This document shows, in pieces, positions 10,100 to 20,051 of a DNA stretch of 64,000 nucleotides. The notes beneath the pieces were generated by a model that ran no database searches, was not told the DNA's origin, and worked only from the letters and a program-made list of their open reading frames with translations. Both the position numbers and the translations under genes were made by a program. Origin of the DNA: Candidatus Dojkabacteria bacterium. Its GTDB lineage: Bacteria; Patescibacteriota; Dojkabacteria; JAFGLO01. Every line of letters starts with the position of its first letter. The first letter of the stretch is position 1. The stretch spans positions 955-64,954 of the forward strand of contig JAFGLO010000004.1 of assembly GCA_016927995.1 (NCBI GenBank), written 5' to 3'.

Positions 10100-10171
10100 T
10101 AGATGGTGTATTTTAACACAAGTCTCGGAAATTTCACCATATTTCAAGGGAGATTATATTTGATCTTTCTT

Positions 10172-12295
10172 TTATTTGGTAGCCCTATATACAAAATATG
10201 AAATTGCAACAATCACCGGAATCAACCACCAAAGAAACGTAAAATCAAATTCATTTGCGGTTTTATCTGAGGATTCAGTAGTATCAGTTGTATTATCTTG
10301 AGGAAGGGAGGGATCTCCTGTATCTTGGGTTTCTGCATCGTTATCTGTAGTTTCGGTTGGAGTCTCTTCTGGCTCTTTTTCTATCTCTGTTGTCGGAGTA
10401 TATGTTAGATTTATTACAAATCTTAGATTAGCAATTCCCGATGGATTACCGGCTTCGTCACATGCAATTACGTTAAGCGTTCTTGTCGTAAAAACTCGTA
10501 AAGTTGTTTCATATAAATATCCGTAGGTGCAAGATGGATTTAGATTTCCAATAGTATATCTAATAACAGACGCTCCTTCTGCAGCCAGAGTTACAAATAT
10601 GGCATTGGGATAGGTTCCGGGTACAGGTGTAGAAGTTGGAATAGAAGGGGCAACATTGTCTAGATAAACAGAAGATTTGTTTGTTGTATTGGAATAAACT
10701 TTATCAAGGTTGTCGGCGGAAATATCAAACCTGATTTGCCCTTCCCTATCGCTTGTACTTATAACAACGGTTGCGGTGTAGTGATTAGGGCTTGTTTGGA
10801 TAATGACTGTTGTTCCAAGATTATATCCTCCGGCATAAAACGTAACGGTTGGATTTATCAAGGTAATGCTTGATGTAAAGCTTAGTGTAATTGTATCGTT
10901 GTTTTTTGCAAGGGTGGTAATTGCGTTAGAGCTTAGTATACTTATGCCCGAGAGCGTGGCTATATTGCTTGTGTTATAAATATTAAATGGCTCGGAATAA
11001 AATCCTGTACAAAGTGACGGGGTTCCGTTATCATAAATTGTGCCTTTGAGTATATATGAACCGTCCGATATGGTTTCTGTATCAAATATAGTACTAGTGC
11101 TAAGTGTATCCGTAATAATGTTTTGGTTGAATGACTGGTTAGCATTTAAAAGATCAATTGTGTAGGTAAGTGTGTCATTGTTCGCATCGGATGCAGGGTC
11201 CCAAGTAATATTAAGCATTCCCGAAAATGCCCCTGATACGGGATTTGTAAAAGAGGTTAAGTTTGGTGCTAAATTCGGAAGAGGTCCAAAATAAAAGTTT
11301 TTTTCAGTATAGTCTGAGCCACCGGAAATATAATTAACAGTTATTCCGGCATTTACTCCATCACGGTTGGTACTTCTGCGGGCAACATGGATGTGAGAAT
11401 CTGGGCAGCCTGACTGCTCGGTAAGTGCCCAGCCAAACTGGTTGCCTGTGTACCAGCGGCCTGGGTGGTTGCAGAGCGATGCCGGCTGATATCTAAGTGT
11501 CCAGCCTCTCTGGACATTTGGCGACTTTGAGTAAAGTATAATCCAGAAATTGTTTGATACATTTAAGTTTTTTACTCCAATTGTTCCATCGGCATTTGTT
11601 TGCAAAGAGACAAGGTGATGTGATGAATTCACCGAATGGGTATGATGAAATGTAGCATCTTTGTTAAGTGTTCCAACAAGCTCAACCAGGCCCGAGCTTC
11701 GCCAATCTGTACTTAAAGTCGAAAGCGTAGCTGCATTGCCTACAAGATAAACTTCTAAATCCGAGGAATTGCCTGCATTAGGTATTGCATTAAACTCGAT
11801 CCAGAAACTCATGTCGGAAACCATTTCAAACGGATTTTCATATCTGAAGACTGAGTAGGTTTCACGAAATACAGGTGTGCCTAAGGGTGCGTTGTACCAG
11901 GTAATATCTGAGGGAGCAAAGTAAACTTCAGGGTAAATTTGATCGGGATAAATATTGGGTGACTCCCAACGATCTTCTGTGCCGTTATAGGTTAGATTGT
12001 AGCCTATATGTTCTGGATTGCAGACTCCGTCAACATAATAGTTCCAGCACGACGTTGATACTGTGTTTCCGTTTATTCCATTTACGTCAATTGAAACCGA
12101 GGCAACGGTCTCATCTTCTTCGTAAATATTTGCAATATATACTTTATATGGCGAAAATCGGGAGATATCCAATGTTGGGTTAATGCTTGCATCGAGGGTA
12201 AGTGCATAAAGCGGGGACAGTCTAAAAACCAATAATCCTACAACAGATAATAGCACCACACCCAAAGCGACCCTTAAAACAGGCGGCTTTTTCAT
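10172..12295 (-). CDS. large secreted surface protein with Ig/Fn3-like and chitobiase C-terminal-like domains and a C-terminal anchor
   Basis: N-terminal signal/TM; PTSTPVPGTY...IRYT motif; T/E/D-rich linker; C-terminal TM. Confidence 0.7.
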   Translation of the reverse strand: MKKPPVLRVALGVVLLSVVGLLVFRLSPLYALTLDASINPTLDISRFSPYKVYIANIYEEDETVASVSIDVNGINGNTVSTSCWNYYVDGVCNPEHIGYNLTYNGTEDRWESPNIYPDQIYPEVYFAPSDITWYNAPLGTPVFRETYSVFRYENPFEMVSDMSFWIEFNAIPNAGNSSDLEVYLVGNAATLSTLSTDWRSSGLVELVGTLNKDATFHHTHSVNSSHHLVSLQTNADGTIGVKNLNVSNNFWIILYSKSPNVQRGWTLRYQPASLCNHPGRWYTGNQFGWALTEQSGCPDSHIHVARRSTNRDGVNAGITVNYISGGSDYTEKNFYFGPLPNLAPNLTSFTNPVSGAFSGMLNITWDPASDANNDTLTYTIDLLNANQSFNQNIITDTLSTSTIFDTETISDGSYILKGTIYDNGTPSLCTGFYSEPFNIYNTSNIATLSGISILSSNAITTLAKNNDTITLSFTSSITLINPTVTFYAGGYNLGTTVIIQTSPNHYTATVVISTSDREGQIRFDISADNLDKVYSNTTNKSSVYLDNVAPSIPTSTPVPGTYPNAIFVTLAAEGASVIRYTIGNLNPSCTYGYLYETTLRVFTTRTLNVIACDEAGNPSGIANLRFVINLTYTPTTEIEKEPEETPTETTDNDAETQDTGDPSLPQDNTTDTTESSDKTANEFDFTFLWWLIPVIVAISYFVYRATK

Positions 12296-12412
12296 AAATT
12301 CAAAGGTTTAATAATATTCATTATAGAGTGCACATTAAATTTGTGCAAACGTTACCTTGTCGGTACTGTGCTATAATGAACTATCTATAAATAAATTTGT
12401 GTTCCTTTATAT

Positions 12413-13348
12413 ATGGAATCTTCTGCAAATGTTCCTGCTCCTAGCACGCCGGTCTCTAGTACGGTAACTCCTTCACCCGTTACCGCTTCGGTCAAGAAGT
12501 CATCGAGTTTGTTGCTTACCGTCCTTACAGTATTAGGGTTTGCTCTTGTTGTAGGTGCAGCTGTTTATATTTGGCAAGCCACAAATTTTAAGAAACAGAT
12601 TGATTCTTTGGAAAAAAAGATTGACGACTTAGAAGAGGAACTAAAAAGTTCAGACAATAATGGTGATTTAAATACGGAGGATAGTGAAGACACAGAAGAG
12701 TCAACAATAACCTCGTATAACTCAGACTATGATTTATATACAAACAACAGGTACGGATTTTCCATGTTAATTCCCGTTGAGTTTTATCATGGTTATGGTG
12801 CCGATTGCGTTTGGGATAATGATTCTTTTAGGCCTGCGGGAGCTATTGTTCCAACTGCCGTATTTGAGCATGCAAATAGCATTTACATTACAAGCGAGTA
12901 TTTTTACAACCTTACCGGTGAATCAGCAAATAATGGCTATCATACATATTCGGGTTGTGAGCTAATTACAAATTCATTTGCAATTATAAATTCAGGAGAC
13001 TATTTTCAACAAAGTTACTGGGAAATTGTTGCAGAAGAGGTAAACAATGAAGCCGAGCTTACGACATTTATTCAGAATCGTTTTGGAGGTGGGTGTAGCC
13101 TTGGTACCCAGACTGAGTCCTCACAGAGCGGAGTGTATGATGTCTCCATATCCGGTGACTTTAATATTGAAGACTTAGATGATCCTAGTTCCTGTCCTGT
13201 AAATTATGCATATATAATAAAGTATTACCCGGCTCGAAATATTGTTGTGTCTTGGAATCTTGGACAGGCAATAACATTTGCCAGCAATGAAAACTGGACT
13301 GAGACTTTCGATCAAGAAATGGTAGATAGTTTTGAGTTTATTGAATAA
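12413..13348 (+). CDS. single-pass membrane protein with coiled coil and acidic extracellular domain
   Basis: Pro/Ser-rich N-terminus, TM, IDSLEKKIDDLEEEL, YTNNRYGFSMLIP. Confidence 0.65.
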   Translation: MESSANVPAPSTPVSSTVTPSPVTASVKKSSSLLLTVLTVLGFALVVGAAVYIWQATNFKKQIDSLEKKIDDLEEELKSSDNNGDLNTEDSEDTEESTITSYNSDYDLYTNNRYGFSMLIPVEFYHGYGADCVWDNDSFRPAGAIVPTAVFEHANSIYITSEYFYNLTGESANNGYHTYSGCELITNSFAIINSGDYFQQSYWEIVAEEVNNEAELTTFIQNRFGGGCSLGTQTESSQSGVYDVSISGDFNIEDLDDPSSCPVNYAYIIKYYPARNIVVSWNLGQAITFASNENWTETFDQEMVDSFEFIE

Positions 13349-13356
13349 CTATTCTC

Positions 13357-13446
13357 ATGGAAAAAGTAGTCCATTGCGGAATTATTTGTTCGGAATGTCC
13401 CGACTTTCCTTGTGTGTTGCTTATAAAACCTAAACACCAAAAATAG
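13357..13446 (+). pseudogene. possible DUF3795-like Cys-rich remnant (29 aa)
   Basis: MEKVVHCGIICSECPDFPC; resembles the start and end motifs of that family joined together. Confidence 0.3.
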
Positions 13447-13453
13447 CGTTAGT

Positions 13454-14407
13454 ATGAGTACAAATGCTTTTGTAACATTTTTAATGCTTAACGACAGTTA
13501 CCTCCCGGGAAGTTTAGTACTTGGATATGCATTGCGCAAGCAAAATATTAAAGCCGATTTAGTTTGTCTTGTAACTCCGGTTATCACACAAGAAGCAAGA
13601 GCTGCTTTGTCTGTAATCTATGATCATGTAATTGAGGTCAATGAAATTTATGTTCCACATAAAGATAGACAGCGCAGACAAGATGTTCCGTATTTATGTA
13701 CCAGATTTAATGCGTTACGACTTGGTGCAGATGGAGATCTTGGAGTTGCTTATGAAAAGATTGTAATTTTAGATTCGGACGTTTTGCCACTAAAAAATTA
13801 CATGAGTCTTTCAAAATTAAATACACCTGCAGGAATTCTTAATGAGAAAAAAGGTCACTTTAAGGGAACTAATGACAATCGTGAAAATTTAACGGAATGG
13901 AGCTGGCATGAGGTTTATGGAGATATTTGTCCGCATGGGGCAAGAGTTCCGCAAGAAATTACGGACAGAGTAAAGTATGATCCATCCAACATGGGCATGA
14001 ACGGATCTTTGTTTGTTGTAACCCCCTCATATGTAGAATTTAAAAATATCCTGAAAGATATAAACTCACCATTAATGGCAGAATATGTAGGAGACAAATT
14101 TGTATGGCCCGACATGCAGTATTTAACAATGAGATGGTCCGGAAGTTGGTATAGTGTTGATATTAAATACAGTGGATTAAATGGATATCCAAATCTTAAC
14201 GCACTTAATGGAACACATTTTGCAGGAGTGAAACCTTGGTATTTTAAGCGAGACAAAAAAGCAGTAATAAGTTTCTCAAAATTCCCCGATTACCAACTTT
14301 GGTATAAAACTTATTTGGAAATGATTAAAGATTATCCTCAGCTACTAAACGTGAAACGATTAAATGCATTAGTTGAATATATCAACGGAATAGTAGTTAG
14401 TTTTTAG
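13454..14407 (+). CDS. glycosyltransferase family 8, glycogenin-like
   Basis: AFVT...NDSYLPGSLVLG, YEKIVILDSD (DxD), NGSLFVVTPS, DMQYL, HFAGVKPW. Confidence 0.85.
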   Translation: MSTNAFVTFLMLNDSYLPGSLVLGYALRKQNIKADLVCLVTPVITQEARAALSVIYDHVIEVNEIYVPHKDRQRRQDVPYLCTRFNALRLGADGDLGVAYEKIVILDSDVLPLKNYMSLSKLNTPAGILNEKKGHFKGTNDNRENLTEWSWHEVYGDICPHGARVPQEITDRVKYDPSNMGMNGSLFVVTPSYVEFKNILKDINSPLMAEYVGDKFVWPDMQYLTMRWSGSWYSVDIKYSGLNGYPNLNALNGTHFAGVKPWYFKRDKKAVISFSKFPDYQLWYKTYLEMIKDYPQLLNVKRLNALVEYINGIVVSF

Positions 14408-14509
14408 TGTCGGTAACCAACAATAAACAACTCACTATAACACAAAAAACTTGACAGATTCCTTAAACTATTAGATATTAAAGTAATATTTAATTTTTCT
14501 TTTACTTAA

Positions 14510-14740
14510 ATGGCCCCAGCTAAGAAAGGAAAGGTCGCGACTAAGAAGAAAGCTGTTAAGAAAACAGTACGAAAGACAGTAAAAAAAACTGTACGAAAAG
14601 CCGTACGTAAACCTGTACGAAAGGCAGTACGCAAGCCCGTACGAAAAACAGCAAAACGGGTAGTTAAGAAAAAGACTACAACACGTAAGCCGGCAAAGAA
14701 GGCCGTGAAAAAAGTAGCAAAGAAAAAAGCTAAAAAATAG
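14510..14740 (+). CDS. histone H1-like Lys/Arg/Ala/Val-rich basic protein
   Basis: 76 aa of (K/R)K(A/T/P)V repeats; TTGACA at 14451 upstream and a terminator downstream. Confidence 0.75.
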   Translation: MAPAKKGKVATKKKAVKKTVRKTVKKTVRKAVRKPVRKAVRKPVRKTAKRVVKKKTTTRKPAKKAVKKVAKKKAKK

Positions 14741-14753
14741 TAAACCTTCGTTG

Positions 14754-14790
14754 AAAAGCCGGTTATGGTAGTTTACCATAACCGGCTTTT
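14754..14790. terminator. bidirectional intrinsic terminator
   Basis: Perfect 17-bp inverted repeat aaaagccggttatggta-gtt-taccataaccggctttt. Confidence 0.85.
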
Positions 14791-14882
14791 GCTTATATAA
14801 CTTACAACCTTTAGGGTCTTTCTTACTTGCCGAAATCAGTCAGTATACTGTATAGTGGGGTAGTTAAATTTATGCTAATTTA

Positions 14883-15725
14883 ATGAAAATTAAAGACCCA
14901 AACCTTAAACTCGTAATTATTGCCTTTGTTGTTCTTCTGGTTCTACTTTTATCGTGTATTGGTTGTGGTGCTTTGAGTTACGGTTACTACAGACTCTCCG
15001 TTCGAGACTTTAATCAACTTGTTGATACAACCAAAGAGATTGATAATTATACCCTTTCATATGATTTCTACTTAAGAGGAAATTCCGAATATATGAAAGA
15101 AGATTTTTGGATTGATATTTCCGGTAGTCAGACTGTAGATGGCAAAATCTGGAGAGGGACATTAAACATCGATTCGCACGAATATGAATCAATGTCCGAG
15201 TTTGTCGATTTAGGTGATACTCTTATCGGTAAGATTGATTATGAGGATCCCAAACTTAATAAGTCTTGGAAAGAAATAACCGATCGCGGTTATGATCCGT
15301 ATAATCTGAATTTCCAAAAGAATGAGAACATTGTTCTGGACGGTATTACTGCATACAATTCTGTCCTTAGTAGATTAGTTATAGCATCCGAGAAAGAAAC
15401 TGTTCACAATCTTAACATCTTTGAAGGTAAGTATTACGTCACATTTGAGAACCCTGACCCGGTGATTTCATATTTCGTATCTAGTCTAATTGATGAAGCG
15501 TACCATTATGTATGTTTGGATTCCGTTGACGTCGATGTAGAAAACGTTTGGGCAACTGTTAAGGTTGAAAGCGGAGTAATTACCGAGATAAAGATTTATT
15601 TTACTGATGTTACAATTAAAGACTGTGGTGACAAATTTTACATAGAAGAAGGTGGCATTACATATACCCTAACAGATATTGATAAGACCAAAGTTGATAT
15701 CCCATTTGGATTTGAGGAAGATTAA
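14883..15725 (+). CDS. membrane-anchored or lipoprotein-like hypothetical protein
   Basis: N-terminal TM with LLSCIGCG, then an acidic beta-rich domain. Confidence 0.65.
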   Translation: MKIKDPNLKLVIIAFVVLLVLLLSCIGCGALSYGYYRLSVRDFNQLVDTTKEIDNYTLSYDFYLRGNSEYMKEDFWIDISGSQTVDGKIWRGTLNIDSHEYESMSEFVDLGDTLIGKIDYEDPKLNKSWKEITDRGYDPYNLNFQKNENIVLDGITAYNSVLSRLVIASEKETVHNLNIFEGKYYVTFENPDPVISYFVSSLIDEAYHYVCLDSVDVDVENVWATVKVESGVITEIKIYFTDVTIKDCGDKFYIEEGGITYTLTDIDKTKVDIPFGFEED

Positions 15726-15726
15726 C

Positions 15727-16218
15727 ATGAAAAAGCTTGTTGTTTACAAATCATTTTTTGGTGCAACCAAAAGCTATGCCACATGGATTTCAGAAGCTAT
15801 AAATGCATCACTGCTTGATTTCTGGAAAGCAAGTAGAAAAATCATTGCAGATAATGATCTTATTGTAATTTGTTCGGGCACTTACGTTGGATGGATGCCG
15901 CTTGTGCAATATCTAAAAGCCAACTGGGATATTCTTGGTGACAAAAAGGTTGTTATTGTTGCTGTTGGTGCCGTACCGGAATCTAGCCTTGATAGCAAAA
16001 GAACATACGAAAAAATTCCCGATGAGATTAGAAGATCGGTAAGATATTTTAAGCTTCAAAGCGTTCTTGGTCCTGCAAGGAATGCTATTGTAAAAAAGAA
16101 AAATATTAAAGAAGTTGTTGAATATATAAAAAAGCTAGATACAAAAAAGTCGGCAAATAGATCGCTTAAAAAGCCTACCAGGAAGCCAAGAAGCAAACAT
16201 GGATATTCTAAAACCTGA
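15727..16218 (+). CDS. flavodoxin-domain protein (HemG-like)
   Basis: LVVYKSFFGATKSYATWI and CSGTYVG motifs; start placed at ATG 15727. Confidence 0.75.
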   Translation: MKKLVVYKSFFGATKSYATWISEAINASLLDFWKASRKIIADNDLIVICSGTYVGWMPLVQYLKANWDILGDKKVVIVAVGAVPESSLDSKRTYEKIPDEIRRSVRYFKLQSVLGPARNAIVKKKNIKEVVEYIKKLDTKKSANRSLKKPTRKPRSKHGYSKT

Positions 16219-16232
16219 TCAAGAAGTTCCCG

Positions 16233-16742
16233 ATGAGATTAACTTCGTATTCCCAAAAGGTTAAAGAGCATTCAGTAAAGTGCCTTGCTTGTAGTAATTG
16301 TTGTAATCTTCAGCTTTCTCAAAAAGGTGCTTGCGGTGCGTATCAAAATATTAATGGTAAGTTGTACTCACTTTTGTACGGACTTGTTTCCCAAAGAGTA
16401 ATTGATAAAACTAAAAATGAGGTTGTAATTGCTTCGCTTGGCGATACAAATCCTTTGCTAAGACGATTTTCTAAAAAGATATCTTTCTGCCTTACAGATG
16501 CTTCGGTTAAAATTCCGGCACTTTTAGAGGTTTATCCTTTTGAGCTCTTGCGGATTTGTAAGTCCGAGGGTTTAAAGAGAATCATTTTTGATGGAAGTGA
16601 TCCCGCATGTTGTATTGATTTTATTGTTGATATTGCAAAAGAGGCTAGGCGGAAGGATATTATGGTTGTTGTAAAAACGACCGATCAGTTAAGTGATATT
16701 GTAAGAAAGCGAGTCAATCATTTGAATAATCTTTCCTTGTAG
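16233..16742 (+). CDS. degenerate AmrS-like (AmmeMemoRadiSam) protein lacking the radical SAM cluster motif
   Basis: VKCLACSNCC...GACGAYQNINGKLYSLLYG matches the AmrS N-terminus; no CxxxCxxC; only 169 aa. Confidence 0.6.
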   Translation: MRLTSYSQKVKEHSVKCLACSNCCNLQLSQKGACGAYQNINGKLYSLLYGLVSQRVIDKTKNEVVIASLGDTNPLLRRFSKKISFCLTDASVKIPALLEVYPFELLRICKSEGLKRIIFDGSDPACCIDFIVDIAKEARRKDIMVVVKTTDQLSDIVRKRVNHLNNLSL

Positions 16743-16843
16743 ATTTTACGATTTCAGCCCTTGTCTATGTTGTGCGCGGGTATTAACACTTTGGGTTGGT
16801 GGTGATATAATATCCTCCAGATAACTTAGAGACTATTAAGTAA

Positions 16844-17080
16844 ATGCTAGAATCTCCGAGAAATAAATATATTTCAGGTGCGGATAATGTTAGTGTTGGT
16901 GTTACCGAACTTTGTTTAGGTATAGGAGGTATGGTTCTTGCAGAATCAATTCTTGCTGTAATTGGAACAGGATCACCTTTAGATATATTTGGATCAAGTG
17001 TTCCTGCAGTTTTGGGTGCCTGTTGCCTTGTAAGGCGGTTATTACTTGCTCGTCAATTATATGAGGATTCACTGAGATAA
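16844..17080 (+). CDS. small membrane protein
   Basis: 78 aa with two hydrophobic segments; TATAAT upstream. Confidence 0.5.
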   Translation: MLESPRNKYISGADNVSVGVTELCLGIGGMVLAESILAVIGTGSPLDIFGSSVPAVLGACCLVRRLLLARQLYEDSLR

Positions 17081-17097
17081 TATTATTAAATAAGTAA

Positions 17098-17277
17098 ATG
17101 GACTTCCGTGAATCAGAAGACTTTTGGAATGAAGTAGTAAACAGAGCATCAAAACTTTCCTTGTGTTTTTTTTCAACAGTTATTATTGGAGTTGCAGGCT
17201 TGGCAATATATGAAGCTTTCTGCATGTCTGATAAGTGCAATGAATTTGTCGGCTGGATAATGAGATTGATAAAGTAA
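17098..17277 (+). CDS. small membrane protein (59 aa)
   Basis: Manual translation MDFRESEDFWNEVVNRASKLSLCFFSTVIIGVAGLAIYEAF...; fills the gap between its neighbours on the same strand. Confidence 0.45.
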   Translation: MDFRESEDFWNEVVNRASKLSLCFFSTVIIGVAGLAIYEAFCMSDKCNEFVGWIMRLIK

Positions 17278-17304
17278 TAAAATGGATACTTTAGTGAAAC
17301 ATCT

Positions 17305-17589
17305 ATGTCTCTAGACAAGGACTCCCCAAAAACCGGACCCACGGATGCCTCGGAGACTTGGTTTAGTAGATTAAAACTGCCAGATTTTAATGGATTTTTG
17401 TCACCAATTATAATGATTTGCTGTATAGCAGAGCTTACCGTTTTTCAAATACCATTTAGTGATCCAAAGGTTTATGTTCCCGTAGTATGTTCGATCTTTG
17501 CATTTTTTCTGGATCCCGGTGCATTGAGTTCGAGTAGTGCTAAAGAAGTAACCCAGATTGTTGATAATGAAGAAGGTGGAGAGTCCTAA
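17305..17589 (+). CDS. small two-TM membrane protein
   Basis: 94 aa with two hydrophobic segments. Confidence 0.5.
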   Translation: MSLDKDSPKTGPTDASETWFSRLKLPDFNGFLSPIIMICCIAELTVFQIPFSDPKVYVPVVCSIFAFFLDPGALSSSSAKEVTQIVDNEEGGES

Positions 17590-17680
17590 ACACCTTAAAC
17601 AACTTTATTCAAGCGGCTAACAATTTACTAACTTTCAAACAGTTGCTATACTAAAAGGCATATAAATTGTATTTTGTATT

Positions 17681-18802
17681 ATGGCAAAGTCAAAAAAAGT
17701 AAAACCTGCGGAAAATAGTGCCGCGGAAAACCCTTCAAAAGAATCAAAATCAACCAAAACCGAATCCGAAAAGGTAACTGTCTTGGGTGAAGATATTTCA
17801 ACATTTCGTGGATTAAATCTTTTTGAAAATGTTGTAAACGCACTGTTTTTTATATTCTTGGGTTCAGTTCTTCTTCTAAATACAACAGGGTTTGTACCCT
17901 GGACGGTGTGGTTGTTTTTTATTAGATTCTGGCCAATATTTTTGATATTTGCAGGAATTCGAATAATTCTTGGAAAATCTTTAGTTGCCAGAATTATCAT
18001 GTTGGTAGTGTCAATTTTGGTTTTTGGATTTATATTTCTTGCCGGAATTGTTGCTACCGCTCCTTCATTTCTGGAACGGTTTAATATTACGGTACCGGTT
18101 AACGTCCAAGAATTCATAGAAAGAGTTTGGACAAATAATTTAGAAGAAGCTGAATCAACATTTGTTGTTCCCAAAGATGAATCAGAACTGCTCGACAAAC
18201 TAAAGCTTTCAATAGACGTCGGATATGGAGAATTTATTTTGTACGATAATTACGAAGGTGAAGACATATTTAAAGTGGAGTCACAATATTGTGAGGGAAT
18301 TGGCGAACCTTATACAAAATATACAGTTACTGGAGGACTTTTAGATATTGATTTTAATGCTAAAAAGTATTCTAATAATGTTTTTAATTACTGCGATATT
18401 TTTTACGATATGGCAATAGAAGAAGAGGGTCTATTAGCAGATCTTGATATTACTGTAGGCGCAGGAAAGGGCAGTATAAATTTTACCAAACAATCCGTTA
18501 ACAATATAAAAGCAGACGTAGGTGCGGGTGAGCTTATTGTAAAGATTTCAAAAGATTCGGAAATCGAGGGTTTAATTGACTTAAAAGTAGGTGCCGGTAA
18601 AGTTGAAGTTTTGTTAGATCCAGGGGTTTCTGTAAAAGTTAATTATAAGGTCGGGGTGGGAGATATTGAAATCTTCGGAAAATCATATGGAAACATTGGT
18701 TCCGACGGAACCTTTACGTCTGAGAATTACAATAGCGCCGGAAAGCAGATTGAAATAACTGTCGAAGTTGGAGTAGGAAGCTTCGAGCTTTCGCAAAATT
18801 AA
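17681..18802 (+). CDS. LiaI/LiaF-like TM (DUF5668) + toast-rack beta-solenoid protein
   Basis: FWPIFLIFAGIRII TM motif; repeated (V/I)xVG(A/V)G units. Confidence 0.7.
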   Translation: MAKSKKVKPAENSAAENPSKESKSTKTESEKVTVLGEDISTFRGLNLFENVVNALFFIFLGSVLLLNTTGFVPWTVWLFFIRFWPIFLIFAGIRIILGKSLVARIIMLVVSILVFGFIFLAGIVATAPSFLERFNITVPVNVQEFIERVWTNNLEEAESTFVVPKDESELLDKLKLSIDVGYGEFILYDNYEGEDIFKVESQYCEGIGEPYTKYTVTGGLLDIDFNAKKYSNNVFNYCDIFYDMAIEEEGLLADLDITVGAGKGSINFTKQSVNNIKADVGAGELIVKISKDSEIEGLIDLKVGAGKVEVLLDPGVSVKVNYKVGVGDIEIFGKSYGNIGSDGTFTSENYNSAGKQIEITVEVGVGSFELSQN

Positions 18803-18818
18803 TTTTAATTATTGGTTT

Positions 18819-19448
18819 ATGGAACATAAGGGTAAATCTATTTGGGGAATTATTCTGATTATTTTCGGAGTAAATCTCCTTATTGGTAACGTAATTAATG
18901 TTTGGCCACTTATAATAGTTGCAATAGGTGTATACATATTTGTCAGAGGAAATTTTGGATCGGGAATCTTTATGGTGGGTTTGGGCGGACTTTTATGGGC
19001 GTCAACAATTTGGGGATTTGAGTTATGGGCAAAGTTCTGGCCGCTTGTAATTATACTAATAGGTATAAGCTCCTTTTTTGGTGACAAGCGACATGGACTT
19101 AAAAGGAGTGTTGAAACAAATGGTGAAATTAGTGAAACCGTCGTATTAAGCGGAGTTGATCGAGTATATAAAACAAATGATTTTAAAGGCGGGGAAATTA
19201 CTGCAGTTTTGGGTGGGGGTGAAATTGACCTTTCCGCAGTTACGATTTCGGAAGATACAACACTTGAGATAACCGTAGTTTTGGGTGGAATAAAAGTTAT
19301 TTTACCCAAAGACTGTAAAACGGTAGTTAACGGAACCGCAGTTTTAGGTGGATGGGAAGACAAACGGACCAATCGGGATTCTTCCGGCAAAACACTTACT
19401 CTTACAGGTGTTGCTGTTTTAGGAGGAGTCGAAATAGTAAACAGTTAA
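18819..19448 (+). CDS. LiaF-like cell-envelope stress protein (DUF5668 + DUF2154)
   Basis: Two WPL TM repeats; FKGGEITAVLGGGEIDL and repeated VLGG. Confidence 0.8.
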   Translation: MEHKGKSIWGIILIIFGVNLLIGNVINVWPLIIVAIGVYIFVRGNFGSGIFMVGLGGLLWASTIWGFELWAKFWPLVIILIGISSFFGDKRHGLKRSVETNGEISETVVLSGVDRVYKTNDFKGGEITAVLGGGEIDLSAVTISEDTTLEITVVLGGIKVILPKDCKTVVNGTAVLGGWEDKRTNRDSSGKTLTLTGVAVLGGVEIVNS

Positions 19449-19511
19449 AAGTTCAACTGTCAAAATAAGTCTTGCAGGTTCGAACATATTTAAGTTAAAA
19501 CTTTACGGTGT

Positions 19512-20045
19512 GTGAAAAAATCAATTTTAAGAATCACCCTTGGGATATCTATTTTATTAATAGGTGCAATGCTTCTTGCAGAAAATTTGTTTCCTGGATT
19601 TTCGTTTTTTGATATGGCTATATTCTGGCCAATTTTTGTAATAATTCCTGGAATCTTTTTCTGGAGTGGATTTCTGTCGAATAGGAAGGATTGGGGATTA
19701 GTAATTCCCGGGACAATTCTTATAATTCTAGGCTTAGGATTCTTCGTGAATATGATAGTCTCACGTTATTTAGGATATGGACAAATTTGGAGTATCACAT
19801 CATTTATGTATACAGGATCTGTTTCTGCTGCATTTTTTATAGCCTGGTACTTTGCAGATTCAAAGGACAAAGACGGACTTTTAATTCCCGCCTGTATTTT
19901 ACTGGCCGTTTCCGGAAGTACATTTTTTAATACCGCTCTTGTCGGTGTTCGTAACTTTATAAATTCGGTAATGAAAATTTTACTGCCATTGAGTATTATT
20001 GGTGTCGGAATTTGGCTTTTAAGCGGCAGACGAAAACGCGAATAA
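19512..20045 (+). CDS. LiaI/LiaF-like membrane protein
   Basis: FWPIFVIIPG, GLVIPG and GLLIPA repeats; about 6 TM. Confidence 0.65.
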   Translation: MKKSILRITLGISILLIGAMLLAENLFPGFSFFDMAIFWPIFVIIPGIFFWSGFLSNRKDWGLVIPGTILIILGLGFFVNMIVSRYLGYGQIWSITSFMYTGSVSAAFFIAWYFADSKDKDGLLIPACILLAVSGSTFFNTALVGVRNFINSVMKILLPLSIIGVGIWLLSGRRKRE

Positions 20046-20051
20046 TACGAT

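Noticed and set aside
14560-14650. Short tandem repeats as a CRISPR array
   Set aside because: They are 12-bp coding repeats of the H1-like protein, with no spacers or cas genes.
16902-17342. 146-aa minus-strand ORF
   Set aside because: It overlaps three co-oriented plus-strand small ORFs with better start contexts and has no recognisable motif.
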